From positions 186,001 to 250,000 of the forward strand of contig JALMLS010000447.1 in assembly GCA_038496445.1 (NCBI GenBank): a DNA stretch of 64,000 bases. Reading direction: 5' to 3'. The stretch is from Trichosphaerium sp. ATCC 40318 (Eukaryota > Protista > Tubulinea). A program made the position numbers and the translations under genes. This document shows, piece by piece, positions 25,929-39,795 of the stretch (position 1 is its first letter; each line of letters opens with the position of its first letter). The notes under the pieces were generated by a model. That model saw only the letters and a program-made list of their open reading frames with translations. It had not been told where the DNA came from and ran no database searches.

Positions 25929-28900
25929 ATGGAAAAGCGTGAGCCTAGTTATGAGGAGCTTGTATCAGTACATGGTAGATTCATTCCCACAGATATTGTG
26001 TTGGAAATCTTTAACCATTCATCTGATAATGACATATTTCAGTCGTTTGGGAAGGTTTGCGTACGTAGAGAATAAAACAAACGATAGAAAACGATTTAAA
26101 CGAATTCTGGTATTAAGTTTTACCGAATGAGATTTCTTTTATCCGCATAGCGCTAATAACGCGTGTGTAGTGGCAATGGCACCATCTAGCAAATCGTAAA
26201 CTGGCAGATTTGTTTAAACTCTTTGAATACAAACTAATAAGCGCCGATGGTCGTTTTCATACGTTTCCTGAAGAGTTGAGCCAAGTATCAGTATACGGTA
26301 TGCTATTTCACCAGTTTTAAAACTATCTTTGGCTTACGCGCTTAGACGAACTTGCTGGGAGCGGACAAAGCGTTGAGAGTAGTCTACTAGTTGTGTTTGA
26401 TGTTATAAAGCAGTATAAGATGAATTTAACGAGATCTAAGAGTGCGGTTGGACTTTTCTTTTCAATATTTTTTTTTTGACTTTTTTTTAGATTTGCCGTT
26501 CAGTCTTGAAAAACATTGCTCTATCTTTAAGAAATTCGATTGTGATGCTTTTATTAAGTCTTATCATCTATGGAGTTGGGAATTTCGTGAACTTGGAACC
26601 CAGGATTATAAATTCGCTATTTATCTGAACACGAGAAGGTAATGACATCATTTTTTCTTTTTTTTTTTCTTGTTTTTCATTAAATTTTCTTTTCGATTTC
26701 TTCTCTTCGCACGTGGTTTGTATAAACCATCTTCAGTGGTGGTTTTATTTTAACCACAATGTTGTTATCATTAATTCATATCTTTTGGAGCTAATTATTG
26801 ATGTAGTTTGGCAGCAATGCTTTGTAATGAGCATGTTCCAAATGGAACTTTTTTAAACGAATACTATAAAGAGCTTTTACTTTACCCTATGTCTAAGGCA
26901 TTAGATGAATTTCTTATACCAATATCTGATCCTATACACCCAAAGGTAATATTTTCTTTAACATCAAAAAAAAAAAAAGACACACTGAAGAGCGCTATAT
27001 TCCAGCAGAACTTCGCATTTGCAATCTCGTTTTTCACAATATTTTTTCAAACCTGTATGTACTTCTCACGTGCTTAATATTTTTAGCTTATATATGGTCT
27101 CTGTGAACAACCAGCATCTATTAAAACACAGCTATTATCTTATCAACAATATTGTTTGAGTTGGATGCTTGCCATAGAGAAACGCGCTGAACATAAAGCT
27201 GGTACTTTTTTTTTTTTGTATACAAATAGTGTTTTTGTGATTAATCACCTGTTTTAGGTTTTGAATTGTACGAGTATCCTCATGCAGAATCAATGCGTTT
27301 TGTAACATATGACATACGTACGGAAAAGTTTGGTCACTGTGCTTCACAGGATAGAACAACAAATGTTGTTTTTCCAGGAGGTGTTTTAGCTGATGAAGTA
27401 GGTCTTGGAAAGACTTTAGAAGGTAGGTGCTAAGTGTTGCATAACATTCTCACCACATATAGCACTTAGTCTTATAATGGCAAACCCACAAAGAGTGGAT
27501 TATCCAAGTTCATTGAGAGGATTGAAGACGTCCAAAGCGACCATAGGTATGATTAGTCTGTTGTTTGAAGGGTTGAGTTTTTCTTTAGTTTTTTGTCCGA
27601 GTCACGTGGCTCCTGAATGGCAACATGAGTCTTCAAAGCATCTTATAGATAATTTAAACATCATAACTCTTATTACACTTAATGATTGGCGAACAAAGAC
27701 GGTCGGTGAATTCATTGAAGCTGGTAAGAGTGTAACTTTTGTTTCAGTTTGTCATTTTTTTTTTCGAAAGTGTGGTGCTATTCTGTTTTTAATTTACTGA
27801 TTGACGTATTAGATATTATTATCGTATCGCATAGCTTATTGATAAACCAAAATTACCTGAACACAAAGGTGATTGCTCCTGTTGGCGCGTATGTCTTTTC
27901 TTTCTCTTTTTTTTTTTTCTCCTTTTTTTCTTCGGCAAGAGCCCTGACTGTTGTACCTCATTGCTTATTATTTCTTATTCATTTTCTAAGCCCTTTGACT
28001 ATGCAAAATGTAAGCCTTGAATCTTTTCATTGGCATAGAGCTATAGTAGATGAAGGTCATGAGTTGCTTGCATCCAATTGTAGACGTTAGCATTTCTCGT
28101 ATTTTTCTTGATTGCTCATAACAACTTTTTGTAGAACAACTATTAAATACGCAAGCAACATGTTATTGGTATCAATCAGGAACACCATTTCCAAACAAGT
28201 CCGTATTTAAGATAGAAATTCACAAATAGATTTTGCTCCTTTTTCTGTTTTTTCCGGTTAACAGTCAAACTTACTTTTCTTCGATAGATTCATTGTGCAA
28301 CAAGTTATACGTTTCTTACATCCTACACCACAAAAAAGGAATAGTATATATCACTTGAATCGCCATAATAACGTATTTGATACCACTGGAGGTTCTGTGG
28401 CTTCTGGTCTTGAACCAAAATTCGTATTGTATGTATTTTTTTAAAATCCGCTCGAGCATTTCCTTACTCATTGCATAGCATCAATTTACGGAATGTTATT
28501 ATGAATAATCTAATATGGCGTAATACAAAATTATCTGTAAAAAGCGAAATGACTATTCCTGAGTACGCCATCACATCAAAAAAAGCTAGTTCTTCCTTTT
28601 TCTTTTTCTTATATTTTTCGGTTTTTTTGATTTGTTTTTCCCCGTTTTCAGCTACTCTTAGGCCTTGTACCTTGTGACTGTTTAGTACTAACATAAAAAT
28701 TATAGGTACCAAGAGGATGTTAGGGTCGTAGATTTCTCACTAATGGAGCGTTTGAGATATGAGTTGAAAGCGAGTCGATATCCCAGAAATACATTACACC
28801 AATATTGTAGTTTCTCTGGTTCTGAAAATAACTTTTATATTCCATCTCTTATAAAGTCTTTGGAAGGAGAATTATATACTAGGCCATCAGAAGCTCTTAT

Positions 28901-30352
28901 ACAAAAGTTCAAGTATGCCATGAGCTTTGTTGAGGTTCGTCTTTGTTCTGTTCTTCTTTTTTCTCTGAAAGTTCGTTTTTGGCTTATGGTTTTCATAGCA
29001 TCCGTCTCATAGACTTCCACTTGAAACGGTTCTATCAATTCCAAAATGGAGACGTTATGTATATGGTACAAAGATGGCAGCTTTATTAGGCTTCTTAGAG
29101 AGCTTGTGGGCTAAAAACAGCAAGTCAAAGGTTAGAATTATTTTTTTTCTTTTCTTAGAATCTATTCGTTTCATACACTATGACCCTTTGAGACCCTTAA
29201 TTGAAGTGGCATACAAACAAATTTCTTTTACTGCGGTTTTAAACAATAACACTAGTGGTTTTATTTTGCAATGTTTCTATCCGATGACCGATGACGGAAG
29301 TACATGGTATTCTTATTTTTTTTGTAGGTTATTCTTTTTTCAAAATTTCCGAGAGTCTTGGAACAAGTTGGTGTAGTTTTGACAAACAACAATATCGATT
29401 TTACATGTCTTACAAGGTAACTTAAATATTCTGTTCAAAGGTATAAGTACTAAAGATTTTTCTAGTGCTCTGAATGATAGGCATCGCTTTGAAGCTATAA
29501 ATAGGTTCAAAACGCTAAAAGAAACAAAAGTTATCTTGCTTAGCCTTGATGAAGGTGCTTCAGGTATGCATACTCACCTGGTTTTATCACGCTTATAATT
29601 TTTGTAATTAGGCACAAACTTACAAGCAGCACATCATATTGTTATGCTTGGTACGCAAGAAGTGTTTTTTTTTTCTTTTCAGAATTTCTAGTTTTTGTTT
29701 GTTTTCAAAGTTTGTTCGTCTTGATCTCTCTTCTTGGTTTGAAAGTACTTTTTCTTATTATTTTCGTAGATCCAGGGAGTGGCACTAAAGAAGAAATGCA
29801 TTCAACTATGACTCAGGCAATTGGTAGAGCACACAGGTACTTGTTTATTGTAAATGGAGAAATAGTTATTTAATTTTTTACTTTGCAAAGGTTAGGACAA
29901 ATGAAGACAATCACAGTTGTGTGGTTCCTTGTTCGTGATACAATTGAAAGTGAGAATTACTTTGAACATGCAGCTTCACTTGCAGTCATGAAACATGAAG
30001 TTATACCTAACAAAAATGAGGTACAACCAAAACAACACACTCAACAAACTTTTCTTCCTTCCGCAACATCTTATCCAAAACACGTGATAATTTTTGAACG
30101 AAGCAAAAACTTCATTTGTTCAAGGGCCTAAGTGATATCTTTCTTCAGGGTTTAAATGACTTATATCTATACTAGGACTCAGATAGACTTCGTTTGGCGA
30201 ATGCACAAGTTATGATTATAAAAGAAGAACGTAAACTTAAAGATCTTTTAGCTGCTGGGTTTATAACTACAGAGCAATTTGATGAACGTAAAAGAATCAT
30301 TCACGATACTTATGCGCCTTCTGATAAAGTGTCAAAATTGTTCGGAGTATAA
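25929..30352 (+). CDS. F-box + SNF2-family (Rad5/16-like) ATPase with SHOCT-like C-terminus, multi-exon
   Basis: Exon 1 IPTDIVLEIFNHSSDNDIFQSFGKVC|WQWHHLA is F-box-like. Helicase motifs GGVLADEVGLGKTLE, WHRAIVDEGHE, SGTP, YGTKMAAL, GASGTNLQAAHHI, QAIGRAHRLGQ. Last exon LKDLLAAGFITTEQFDERKR...FGV*. Confidence 0.85.
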
Positions 30353-30746
30353 GAAAAACACGTGTAAAACATGTCACTGTAAAATTTAAATGTTTACCAT
30401 TTGTTAACTTCCATACCAGTTGGCTATAAGTCGATACTATACCGCGCAAGATGCTGTTTTGTTGTAAGAAAGAGGTCTTGACCGCCTTTTGGCGTAGCTG
30501 TAAGCTAGACTTCCCTAAATTGTACCACTCCATCCAGATATTCAACAAAAATGTTATCTACCTAGTACTGGTTTTCTAATGACTTCTGAAGTTCTATAGT
30601 GCGGCTGTAGTCGTTGTCTTTGTTTTTCTGTTGTTAACATGGCGTTCCATTCTATAGACCTTGTGATGAGAAGGAGAATTTCTACCAAATGATTTGGCGT
30701 ATTTTCTATTTGCTTGGCTCTCAACAACTTTTTTTTGAAAATCAAA

Positions 30747-30903
30747 TGTACCACCAACGACTCTACCTCCAATGACAACAGATCCTCCAACTATGACAGA
30801 CCCGCCAACAACTCTACCTCCAACAACATTACCACCAACACTTCCACCTACTGCACCTCCGATAACTTCGCCACCAACTACCACACCTCCTACACGGCCT
30901 CCT
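30747..30903 (+). repeat. Pro/Thr-rich low-complexity coding-like repeat (PPTT)n, probable gene relic
   Basis: PPTTLPPMTTDPPTMTDPPTTLPPTTLPPTLPPTAPPITSPPTTTPPTRPP. Upstream frames are interrupted by stops. Confidence 0.5.
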
Positions 30904-31384
30904 GTGTATGCACTTTCAGGAAGGCAGGGATGTGTGCGGAGATTATCCCAAACTCAGGAAAGTAAATAAGCACATGTAATTAATGACTTTGTTTCGTTTT
31001 TGTTTTGTTTATGTTGTCCATTGAGAAACTAGTTTTTTTCCTACAAAACCTAACATCAAGAAATGGTGTGAACTATTTGTGTGACAATGTATGGTTACGC
31101 AACTTATACTATTAGATGCTCCTGTTCAATGTGATTGGAATGTAACACTTGAATATAAGCGTATTTGTCCATGGCTATGATGCAAGGGACAAAAGATACA
31201 AAATTTAGAAATCACGTGATAAAACTACGGAACAAGTTAACCAATGCCTTAAGATTACAAAAACACTCACTGTATGAGTCTTTGAAGGCCAATAAACAAG
31301 GTACACGATTTGAGAATAACTTCCCGATTATTTTTTTTTTGCTACCAAATACCAAATACTTGAATTTCAAAACAAGCTTCGACT

Positions 31385-33217
31385 ATGACTTCAAGAGTTA
31401 CATTACTGGCATTGTTTATGTTTATTTATATCTCTAACAGTATGTGCGCAGTTGTTTCGAGATGTTTTTGGCAAAATACAACATACACGCTCCATAATGA
31501 TACAGACAACGATTCATGCGAAATGGGTAATGTTTCTATGAGAAAGGACCTTTATTTTCCCCACTTATTTATTTTCTCGTAGGATTTAACCCTCTTGTAC
31601 TTGACAGTATTATGGAAGCATCTGTAATGACTTTATTTCCTGTACGAGAGCACAAATTTTAATCCTTTTATTTTATCTCCAAATCATGTGTTTGTTGTTA
31701 AAAAGGTTGAATAGCGATTACGTTTGAATATCACCACTTCAAACAGGACTGATTACTTTTGGTATGATAACTCACTTGTCAATACCATCGCTATGCATCT
31801 ATTGGATGCATATAGAGGAAGCCCTATTAATGATACCAACTGTCCTACACTCCATAGAGGCGTACAATGTTTTTTCGCAAAATAATTTGTTGACGTTTTT
31901 TAATCTTTTGATAGTTCATACAAAATAGTTGTATTTCAGATCATTTCGTTTGTGAAGCTCCCTCTATCAACGTTCAATCAGTAACAACACCTTGTGTAAA
32001 ACCACCAGATAACGTATCTTGTGATCACTACAACACCTCCGTCTCAGGTATTGAAAACAAAAAGAAATATGATATTCTCCTTATTTTTTACAAACAATTT
32101 CCAGGTAATTGCTACAACCCTATTCTTTTGACTTATACATGGCCTGAAGCTCAAGGTACTCTTGCGTTTTATTAAATACTCATCAATTACAATAATAATA
32201 TGTTATCAATAGCACATTGTTTACAACAAGGAGGACACCTTGTAACAATCAACAACAACGCAGAGCTCAATTTCGTTGGCAGTATAGTACCACTTGGTGT
32301 AACGCTAACACGTCAAGCATGGATAGGATTGGCAAGCGGATACAGAGATCACCTTGACTTTCAATGGGTGCCTTAGTTTGTTTTCTTATTTAGCGAGTAA
32401 CACTGAATGCAATCAGGCAGTAACAAATGAACCACGTGATTTTGGACAAGAATTTAACGTATCCCCTTGGCGTGAAACTGACCCAGGAAGAGATGATAAA
32501 GAAAGTTGTGTACTAATACTCCAATACGAGGGAACATTATCATGGCATGATATAATATGCGATTCAGCGCATTACTTTATATGTGAGATCGAATCAGCAG
32601 CTCCTCCAACACGTATGTGATTAAACATTAATATTTTATGAGTTATACTTACATCCACACCAACAGATTCTCCAACAAAAGGTATTCAAGATAACTTTAA
32701 TAATGCCGTAATATCGGTTCATCTTCATGGTGTTGTGAGGTGTTAGTTACTAACTTGTTGTTAGATTTTATACCAACTGATAGTGTTGTTGTACTTGACT
32801 TTGATGTTTCTATTGATGGTACAAGCGTATTTCATTATTTAGTGACTAACAGACTTCAAAGGCGAAGCAAGGTTCAATAACACAATAATTCAGCTGAGCA
32901 AAAGCCAAACAGTATTTGAAGTGAGCGGTTGTATACTTGGTCCATTTAACATTGATGCAACATCAATTGATGTACACTACAATTTACTCATTTTAGCATA
33001 ACGTGGGTTGTAGGAAGCTTCAATACAGATATCGCAGAGTAAAGGATGTGAAGAGGTTACACCAATGGTTCTTTTGGATGGAACTCAATGTGATGAGCAA
33101 ACAAGATCAACAACATCAGCTTTAAGTATATTCACAGTGAGGGTTTTCAAGTGTAGCACTCAAACACTCAGCGTGTGTATTGTATTAATTCTTTTCATGC
33201 TACTCTTGATATTGTGA
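31385..33217 (+). CDS. C-type lectin GPI-signal protein, paralog B (about 11 exons)
   Basis: MTSRVTLLALFMFIYISNSMC. CTLD HCLQQGGHLVTINN...AWIGL...PWRETDPGRDDKESCV...WHDIICDSAHYFICE. C-terminus CIVLILFMLLLIL*. Confidence 0.88.
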
Positions 33218-33866
33218 ATTGAAAACACGTGTTAATATTAATATCTCAATCAAACACTTCTTTTCTAATCAACGAACATTACTTCCTTGCGCTTGCTTTT
33301 TAGCAAAGCGTTGTCACCTTTGTAAAGGTATATAATGAAACTCACATAGTTCTTCTTTGTCAGTGTAGCTTCTTTGTCTCCACGCAATCACAAGATAATA
33401 AACGTATTACAGGAGACAAAAGGGTTGAAATATAATCACATCACTCATTCTACAAACTACGGACAAATTGAACTTAAAAAACGCTTGTTTCTATCTCTAT
33501 CAAAGCGCACTAAACGCTTTTAGCATGCCAAAGCTCAAACCTTATCGATAGGCCTATTCAAACCATCAACAAATACAATTCTTGTACTTTGGGTAAGGAT
33601 TTTACGAGATGTTTATATATCTTGATAGCTGACAAAGCAGGTACAGATATTATCTGTCTCATTCAAGGTTTACTATTATTTCCTATAAAGTGAGTTCTTA
33701 ACACTTTTAGCAGCTCTAGCAAGAATTGACGCCTTTATTGTTTGGTTGACATCTGTACCTTAACTCGCCAACCTTCCTTAGGTCTCAAACGTCCATAAGA
33801 CAGTTTTACGCATTAAATTAATAAGATACGTATGTATTTTACTGGAATATAAATACCTCAAGAACC

Positions 33867-36800
33867 GTGATAGTAACTTTGTCAACTTTTTTTGTCAATA
33901 TTTACAATGTTGTCAACTTTGTTACAAAATGCTGTAAAAATTATTTTCAGCACGCACAGCCAGAAACAACGTATTTGAGTTGAAAATACAGAGTGATGCC
34001 CGATTTAGAAAAAACACGTGTTGGGTTTTTTTTTTGCTTTAAATGTACCATGTGGTTTTACACGTATCTCACATGGTATGTACTACTACACCTTAAACAG
34101 TACATAGTGATGCATTTTGCAAATTTTTAACCCGTTTAAGGTTTTTATTTCACAACAGCAGCATATTGTACTGTAAGAGAGTTTTTGCGCGTAGAAAAGC
34201 ATAGTGTAGGTACTTGCGAGATGGTTTACTTTATTATCTTTTGATTTTGCCCCATACTTTTTTACAATTGGTGAAATATGTCTACAGTGCTTCTAACATA
34301 CCATGAGATATCAATAGTTACTTTTTTGTAACATGGGAGGTAAGTATAACAAAAATCTGTAAACAACTTCAAGAAGTGTATACACAGCCTTGAACATTGT
34401 GTTATGAGCGTTTGAAAGATCCTACATCACTTAACAAGCCATACTTACTATTTGTGTTTGATGTTGGACGCTAATGAGCCACCATTACGGCCAGCAATAC
34501 CATCAATAGGTAACGTCAAGCTGCTTGCATGGAACCAAGGAAACAACCCTGTTTTTTATTGTTCAAAAGAGAAAAAGTGGGCTCGACAATATAGTCACAT
34601 ACGCCATGCAAACACACACAAAGGGATTACATGGTATTACCGTTGCAAAAGACGCAGGATTTGTACAGCTAAGTTACAGATTGTCTCAAGAGCTGGTAAA
34701 GACGCTGAACATGCTCAAGTGTTGGATATCAGACAAACAGAAGGTACTATAAACAACAACAGTTTAATTGAAGTTTAAAATAACCAAAATTGTTAGGGCA
34801 TTCTCTACAGTGCCTCCCTATTCCCATTCATAAATTAAAACTTGGAACTGGCGCAAAAACTAGCATTAAAAAAGATCTGGCACGCAAAATACCAAAACGA
34901 AGTGTGGTACGAAAAATGACATCAGCATCTATCACTAATTGTTTTTATGTACTAGTATAAAGCTTTTTTACAAGATGAATCTAAAGATCCTCTTAATGGC
35001 TATGAGGTTCCTAACGCTAATAACATGGCATACCTGGCGCGTAGAGTGCACCACGAAAAGGATATGCACCATGAGGTATTGGTTTTTTATTATGCTTGGA
35101 TTAACATGCCCACAGGTTTACTCAAACATTTGGATGATGTACCCCGAATCATCTAGAATTGTTCAAGCCACAAATGATGTAATATCATTTGTCGAGCCAG
35201 ATTGTGACAAAAAAATACGCAACCTTGATACCAGTGTCCTCTTTGTTGATGGCACCTTTGGCATTGTGGATATTAACGCTCAAGTACGTGTAGTAAAAGT
35301 AAACAAGATTTTTTAGCTCATATATTTTACTTTAGGTTTTGTTTTTTTGGGTAAAGGCTGTTGGTGAACACTACACCAAAGGAACTTGTATTAGCTTCGC
35401 CATTATGAAGAATAAAACACTGGCAGAGTATGAATATGCGTTTATGCACCTATAGAGTGTATGTGGTGCTCCTTTTGAGCGTTTGATGACTGACGGAGAG
35501 ACAAACATGAAAAGAGGTACTTTTTTTGCCAACATTTGTTTTACAACTAGTAATATTTGTTTAGCCGCTACAAATGTACTGGGACCCTTAAAAATAGCCC
35601 AGTGTATTTACCATATAGCAGAAGCTCATAGACGAAGGCGAGCAAGGCTAGGATTGAAAAAAGAAGGGCGTGAAGAAGAGAATAGATGGTGTAAGCTTGT
35701 TTCTTCTGAGCTGATATACGAAAAAAATGAGAAAGCATTCTATCGTAAATGGCACGCCTTTAAAAAAGAAGTGATTGAGAAGAGCGATGACTGCAAACAA
35801 TTTATTAAATACTTAGCTAATACTTACATTGAGGTTGCAAACGAAATAACCGAGTACACTACATAATTCATACCACAACCTTTTTCTTATTTTTTCCTTA
35901 CTTTTCGTTTTAAACTTTTTTTTTTACTAGCTCTCCTCCATCTACTTGGGCTCTTTGGACTGTTAAGAATACACCTTGGGAGCACTGTCGAACGAATAAT
36001 ATCAGTGAGGGCAACAACTGCGATGTCAAGAATGTGTTAACATTTGAGGGTACTACTAAGCGAGCTTGTGATGTTGTGTTTTCTTCTCTGGCAAACTATG
36101 CAAAGTGCAGCTTAAAGGATGGCATGCATACAGTAGAAGGAATACCTGTTGGCACTCCCAAAGCTGTCACAGAGAAGAGGCGCAAAGAGCAAGCTGAGAA
36201 AATCAGAAAGCGGTGCATGTGCTAATGCTACATTAATTTTTGCTTATAATGTTGTTTAGTGAAACGGCTTAATACTCTGCTGCTAAAATTAAAAGCACAA
36301 CAAAAAGCTGCAAGAGAAGCTAAAGAAGCTAAAAGAATCCAAAAAGAAAAAAAACAACGCCTTCAACATAACCAACGCCTTACAGTGCCATTAAAGGTTA
36401 GAATCTTGGGTAAATTTAAGCTATTAACTTTGCTCATAGCTTCGAAAGAATAAAACAATCATAATCAAAAAAAAATCAATGAAAAAATACCTTGCTACCA
36501 AACTTTAATAAACTTCATTTCCTCCTCTATTGTGGCGTTTACTTGTGGCTGATGAGACGCCTGTAGTATATATATAAACGGTGAAGTTCTTGGTTTGTTT
36601 TTAAATAGCTTAGTTGTGGTTCAGGGCTTCATTTCTACCAACTACTTACTGATTTTTTGGTCAACTTTCTGTCAACTTTTTGTGTCAGCAATTATTACTG
36701 TAGGTATTTCATGAAACGTAATATTAAAGGTCTTTCAACCTAAGCAATATATATGTGCTTCGCAGGATATGCTTTGTTAATAATAAAAAAACAGCTGAAG

Positions 36801-36868
36801 AGGTTGAGAACAGGTTCACAGAAAGTTGACAAAAAAAAATTGACAGAAGTTGACATATTACCTGTCAC
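33867..36868 (+). mobile_element. Mutator-like (MULE) DNA transposon, full length
   Basis: Direct repeat ctcaagaac at 33857-33865 and 36869-36877 (9-bp TSD). Imperfect TIRs gtgatagtaactttgtcaac... / ...gttgacatattacctgtcac, with reiterated tgtcaact subterminal motifs. Internal transposase. Confidence 0.85.
34278..36453 (+). pseudogene. MULE transposase (intron-containing) with in-frame stop
   Basis: WRKY/FLYWCH-like YYRCKRRRICTAKL. Catalytic motifs LFVDGTF, LMTDGE, CIYH, RTNNISEG. In-frame TAG at 35453-35455 between the first two Asp motifs. Start and end approximate. Confidence 0.75.
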
Positions 36869-36975
36869 CTCAAGAACACTATGTGAAAAGACGAAAACAA
36901 GCAAACACCAAGTGTTCGTGCACAGTTGATAAGAAAGAAGTAGTTTGATTTTAACACGTGTTTTCTTATTCAATT

Positions 36976-38803
36976 CTACAATATCAAAAGTAGCATGAAA
37001 AGAATTAATACAATACACACGCTAAGTGTTTGAGTGCTACACTTGAGAACCCTCACTGTGAGGATACTTACAGATGATGTTGTTGATCTTGTTTGCTCAT
37101 CACATTGAGTTCTATCCAAAAGAACCATTGGTGTAACCTCTTCACATCCTTTACTCTGCGATATCTGTATTGAGGCTTCCTACAACCCACGTTATGCTAA
37201 AATGAGGAAATTGTAGTGTACATCAATTGATGTTGCATCAATGTTAAATGGACCAAGTATACAACCGCTCACTTCAAATACTGTTTGGCTTTTGCTCAGC
37301 TGAATTATTGTGTTATTGAACCTTGCTTCGCCTTTGAAGTATATTAGATAAACTGGAATTAAATCAACAACAGTACCATCAATAGAAACATCAAAATCAA
37401 GTACAACAACACTATCAGTTGGTATAAAACCTAACAACATTGTTAGTAACTAACACCGTGAAGCTAGAACTGATACTAGGTCATTAAAAAGTTTTCTTGA
37501 AATACTTGTTGTTGGAGAATTTGTTGGTGTGGATGTATGTAAGTATAACTCATAAAATATTAATGTTTAATTACATACGTGTTGGAGGAGCTGCTGATTC
37601 GATCTCACATATAAAGTAACGTGCCGAATCGCATGTTGTATCATGCCATGATAATCCTTCGTATTGGAGTATTAGTACACAACTTTCTGTAGCATCTCTT
37701 CCTGGGTCAGTTTCATGCCAAGGGGATACGTTAAATTCTTGTCCAAAATCACGTGGTTCATTTGTTACTGCCTGATTGCATTCAGTGTTAATCAACAAAC
37801 GCTAAATAAGAAAACAAACTAAGGCACCCATTGAAAGTCAAGGTGATCTCTGTATCCGCTTGCCAATCCTATCCATGCTTGACCACGTGTTAGCGTTACA
37901 CTAAGTGGTACTATACTGCCAACGAAATTGAGCTCTGCGTTGCTGTTGATTGTTACAAGGTGTCCTCCTTGTTGTAAACAATGTGCTATTGATAACATGT
38001 TATTATTGTAATTGATGAGTATTTAATAAAACGCAAGAGTACCTTGAGCTTCAGGCCATGTATAAACCAAAAGAATAGGGTTATAGCAATTACCTGGAAT
38101 TGTTGTAAAAAATAAGGAGAATATCATCTTTCTTTTTGTTTTCAATACCTGAGACGGAGGTGTTGTAGTGATCACAAGATACGTTATCTGGTGGCTTTAC
38201 ACAAGGCGTTGTTACTGATTGAACGTTGATAGAGGGAGCTTCACAAACGAAATGATCTGATGTACAACTATTTTGAATGAACTATCAAAAAGATTAAAAA
38301 ACGTCAACAAATTATTTTGCGAAAAAACATTGTACGCCTCTATGGAGTGTAGGACAGTTGGTATCATCAATGGCGCTTCCTCTATATGCATCCAATAGAT
38401 GCATAGCGATGGTATTGACAAGCGAGTTATCATACCAAAAGTAATCAGTCCTGTTTGAAGTGGTGATATTCAAACGTAATCGCTATTCGACCTTTTAATA
38501 CATACACGTGATTTGGAGATAAAAAAAAGATTAAAAATTTGTGCTCCTCTCGTACGGGAAATAGAGTCATTACAGACGCTTCCATAATACTCTCAAGTAC
38601 AAGAGGATTGAATCCTAACCGAGTAAATAAACTATTTGGGAAAATACACTCGGTCTCATACCCATTTCGCACGAATCATTGTCAGGATCATTATGGAGCG
38701 TGTATGTTGTATTTTGCCAATAACATCTCGAAACAACTGCGCACGTACTGTTGGAGATGTAAATAAACATAAATAATGCCAGTAATGTAACTCTTGAAGT
38801 CAT
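36976..38803 (-). CDS. C-type lectin GPI-signal protein, paralog C (inverted near-copy of B)
   Basis: MTSRVTLLALFMFIYISNSTC; PWHETDPGRDATESCV...WHDTTCDSARYFICE. Most introns are near-identical to paralog B. Confidence 0.88.
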
Positions 38804-39795
38804 ACTCGAAGCTTGTTTTGAAAGTCAAGTATTTGGTATCTTTTAAAAAAATGTGATCGGAAAGTTCTCAAATTGTGTACCTTGTTTGTTGGCCTTCAAA
38901 AACTCACGTAGCGAGTGTCTTTGTAATCTTAAGGCGTTGCTTAACTTATCGTAGTTTTATCACGTGATTTCTAAATTTGTTATCTTTGGTCTTGCATCAT
39001 TGCCATGGGCAAATTACATTTCAATCATTGAACAGGAGCATCTAATAGTATAAGTTACATACCCATACATTGTCATACAAATAGTTCGCACCATTTGATA
39101 GAAGTGTCAATTCTTGGTAGAGCTGCTAAAAGTGCTAAGAACTAACTTTCTAAAATAATACTAAAACCTTGATTGAATTAGCAAAAAAAACGTTCCAAAT
39201 TCGCACCAACTCCGCAGCTACGCTTGCTAGTAAACTCAACCAAATGCTAACTACTCTCCTATATGCGAAATACCGATTTAGACGCAAAGAAACTATCCGC
39301 ATAATGTTACATTTTTCCACAAGTTGCTTTTCGGCCCAGTTATGCAACGAATGAGACAGATAATATCTGTTCCTGCTTTGTCAGCTATCAAGATATCTAA
39401 ACATCTCGTAAAATCCTTAGCCAAAGTACAAGAATTGTATTTGTTGATGGTTTGAATAGGCCTATCGATAAGGTTTGAGCCTTGGCATGCTAAAAGCGTT
39501 TAGGACGCTTTGATAGAGATAGAAGAAAGCGTTTTTTTAAGTTCAATTTGTCCGCAGTTTGTAGAATGAGTGATGTGATTATATTTCAACCCTTTTGTCT
39601 CCTGTCATACGGTTTATTATCTTATGATTGCGTGGAGACAAAAGAAGCTAGACTGACACAGAAGAACTATGTGAGTTTCATTATATACCTTTAAAAAGGT
39701 GACAACGATTTTCTAATAAAAAAGGAAGAGTAATGTTCGTTGATTAGAAAAGAAGTGTTTGATTGAGATATTAATATTAACACGTGTTTTCAATT

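Noticed and set aside
35453-35455. TAG reassignment (alternative genetic code)
   Set aside because: It is an isolated case in a transposase. TAG terminates several lectin genes at the same position as TGA/TAA in paralogs, and long exons lack in-frame TAG.
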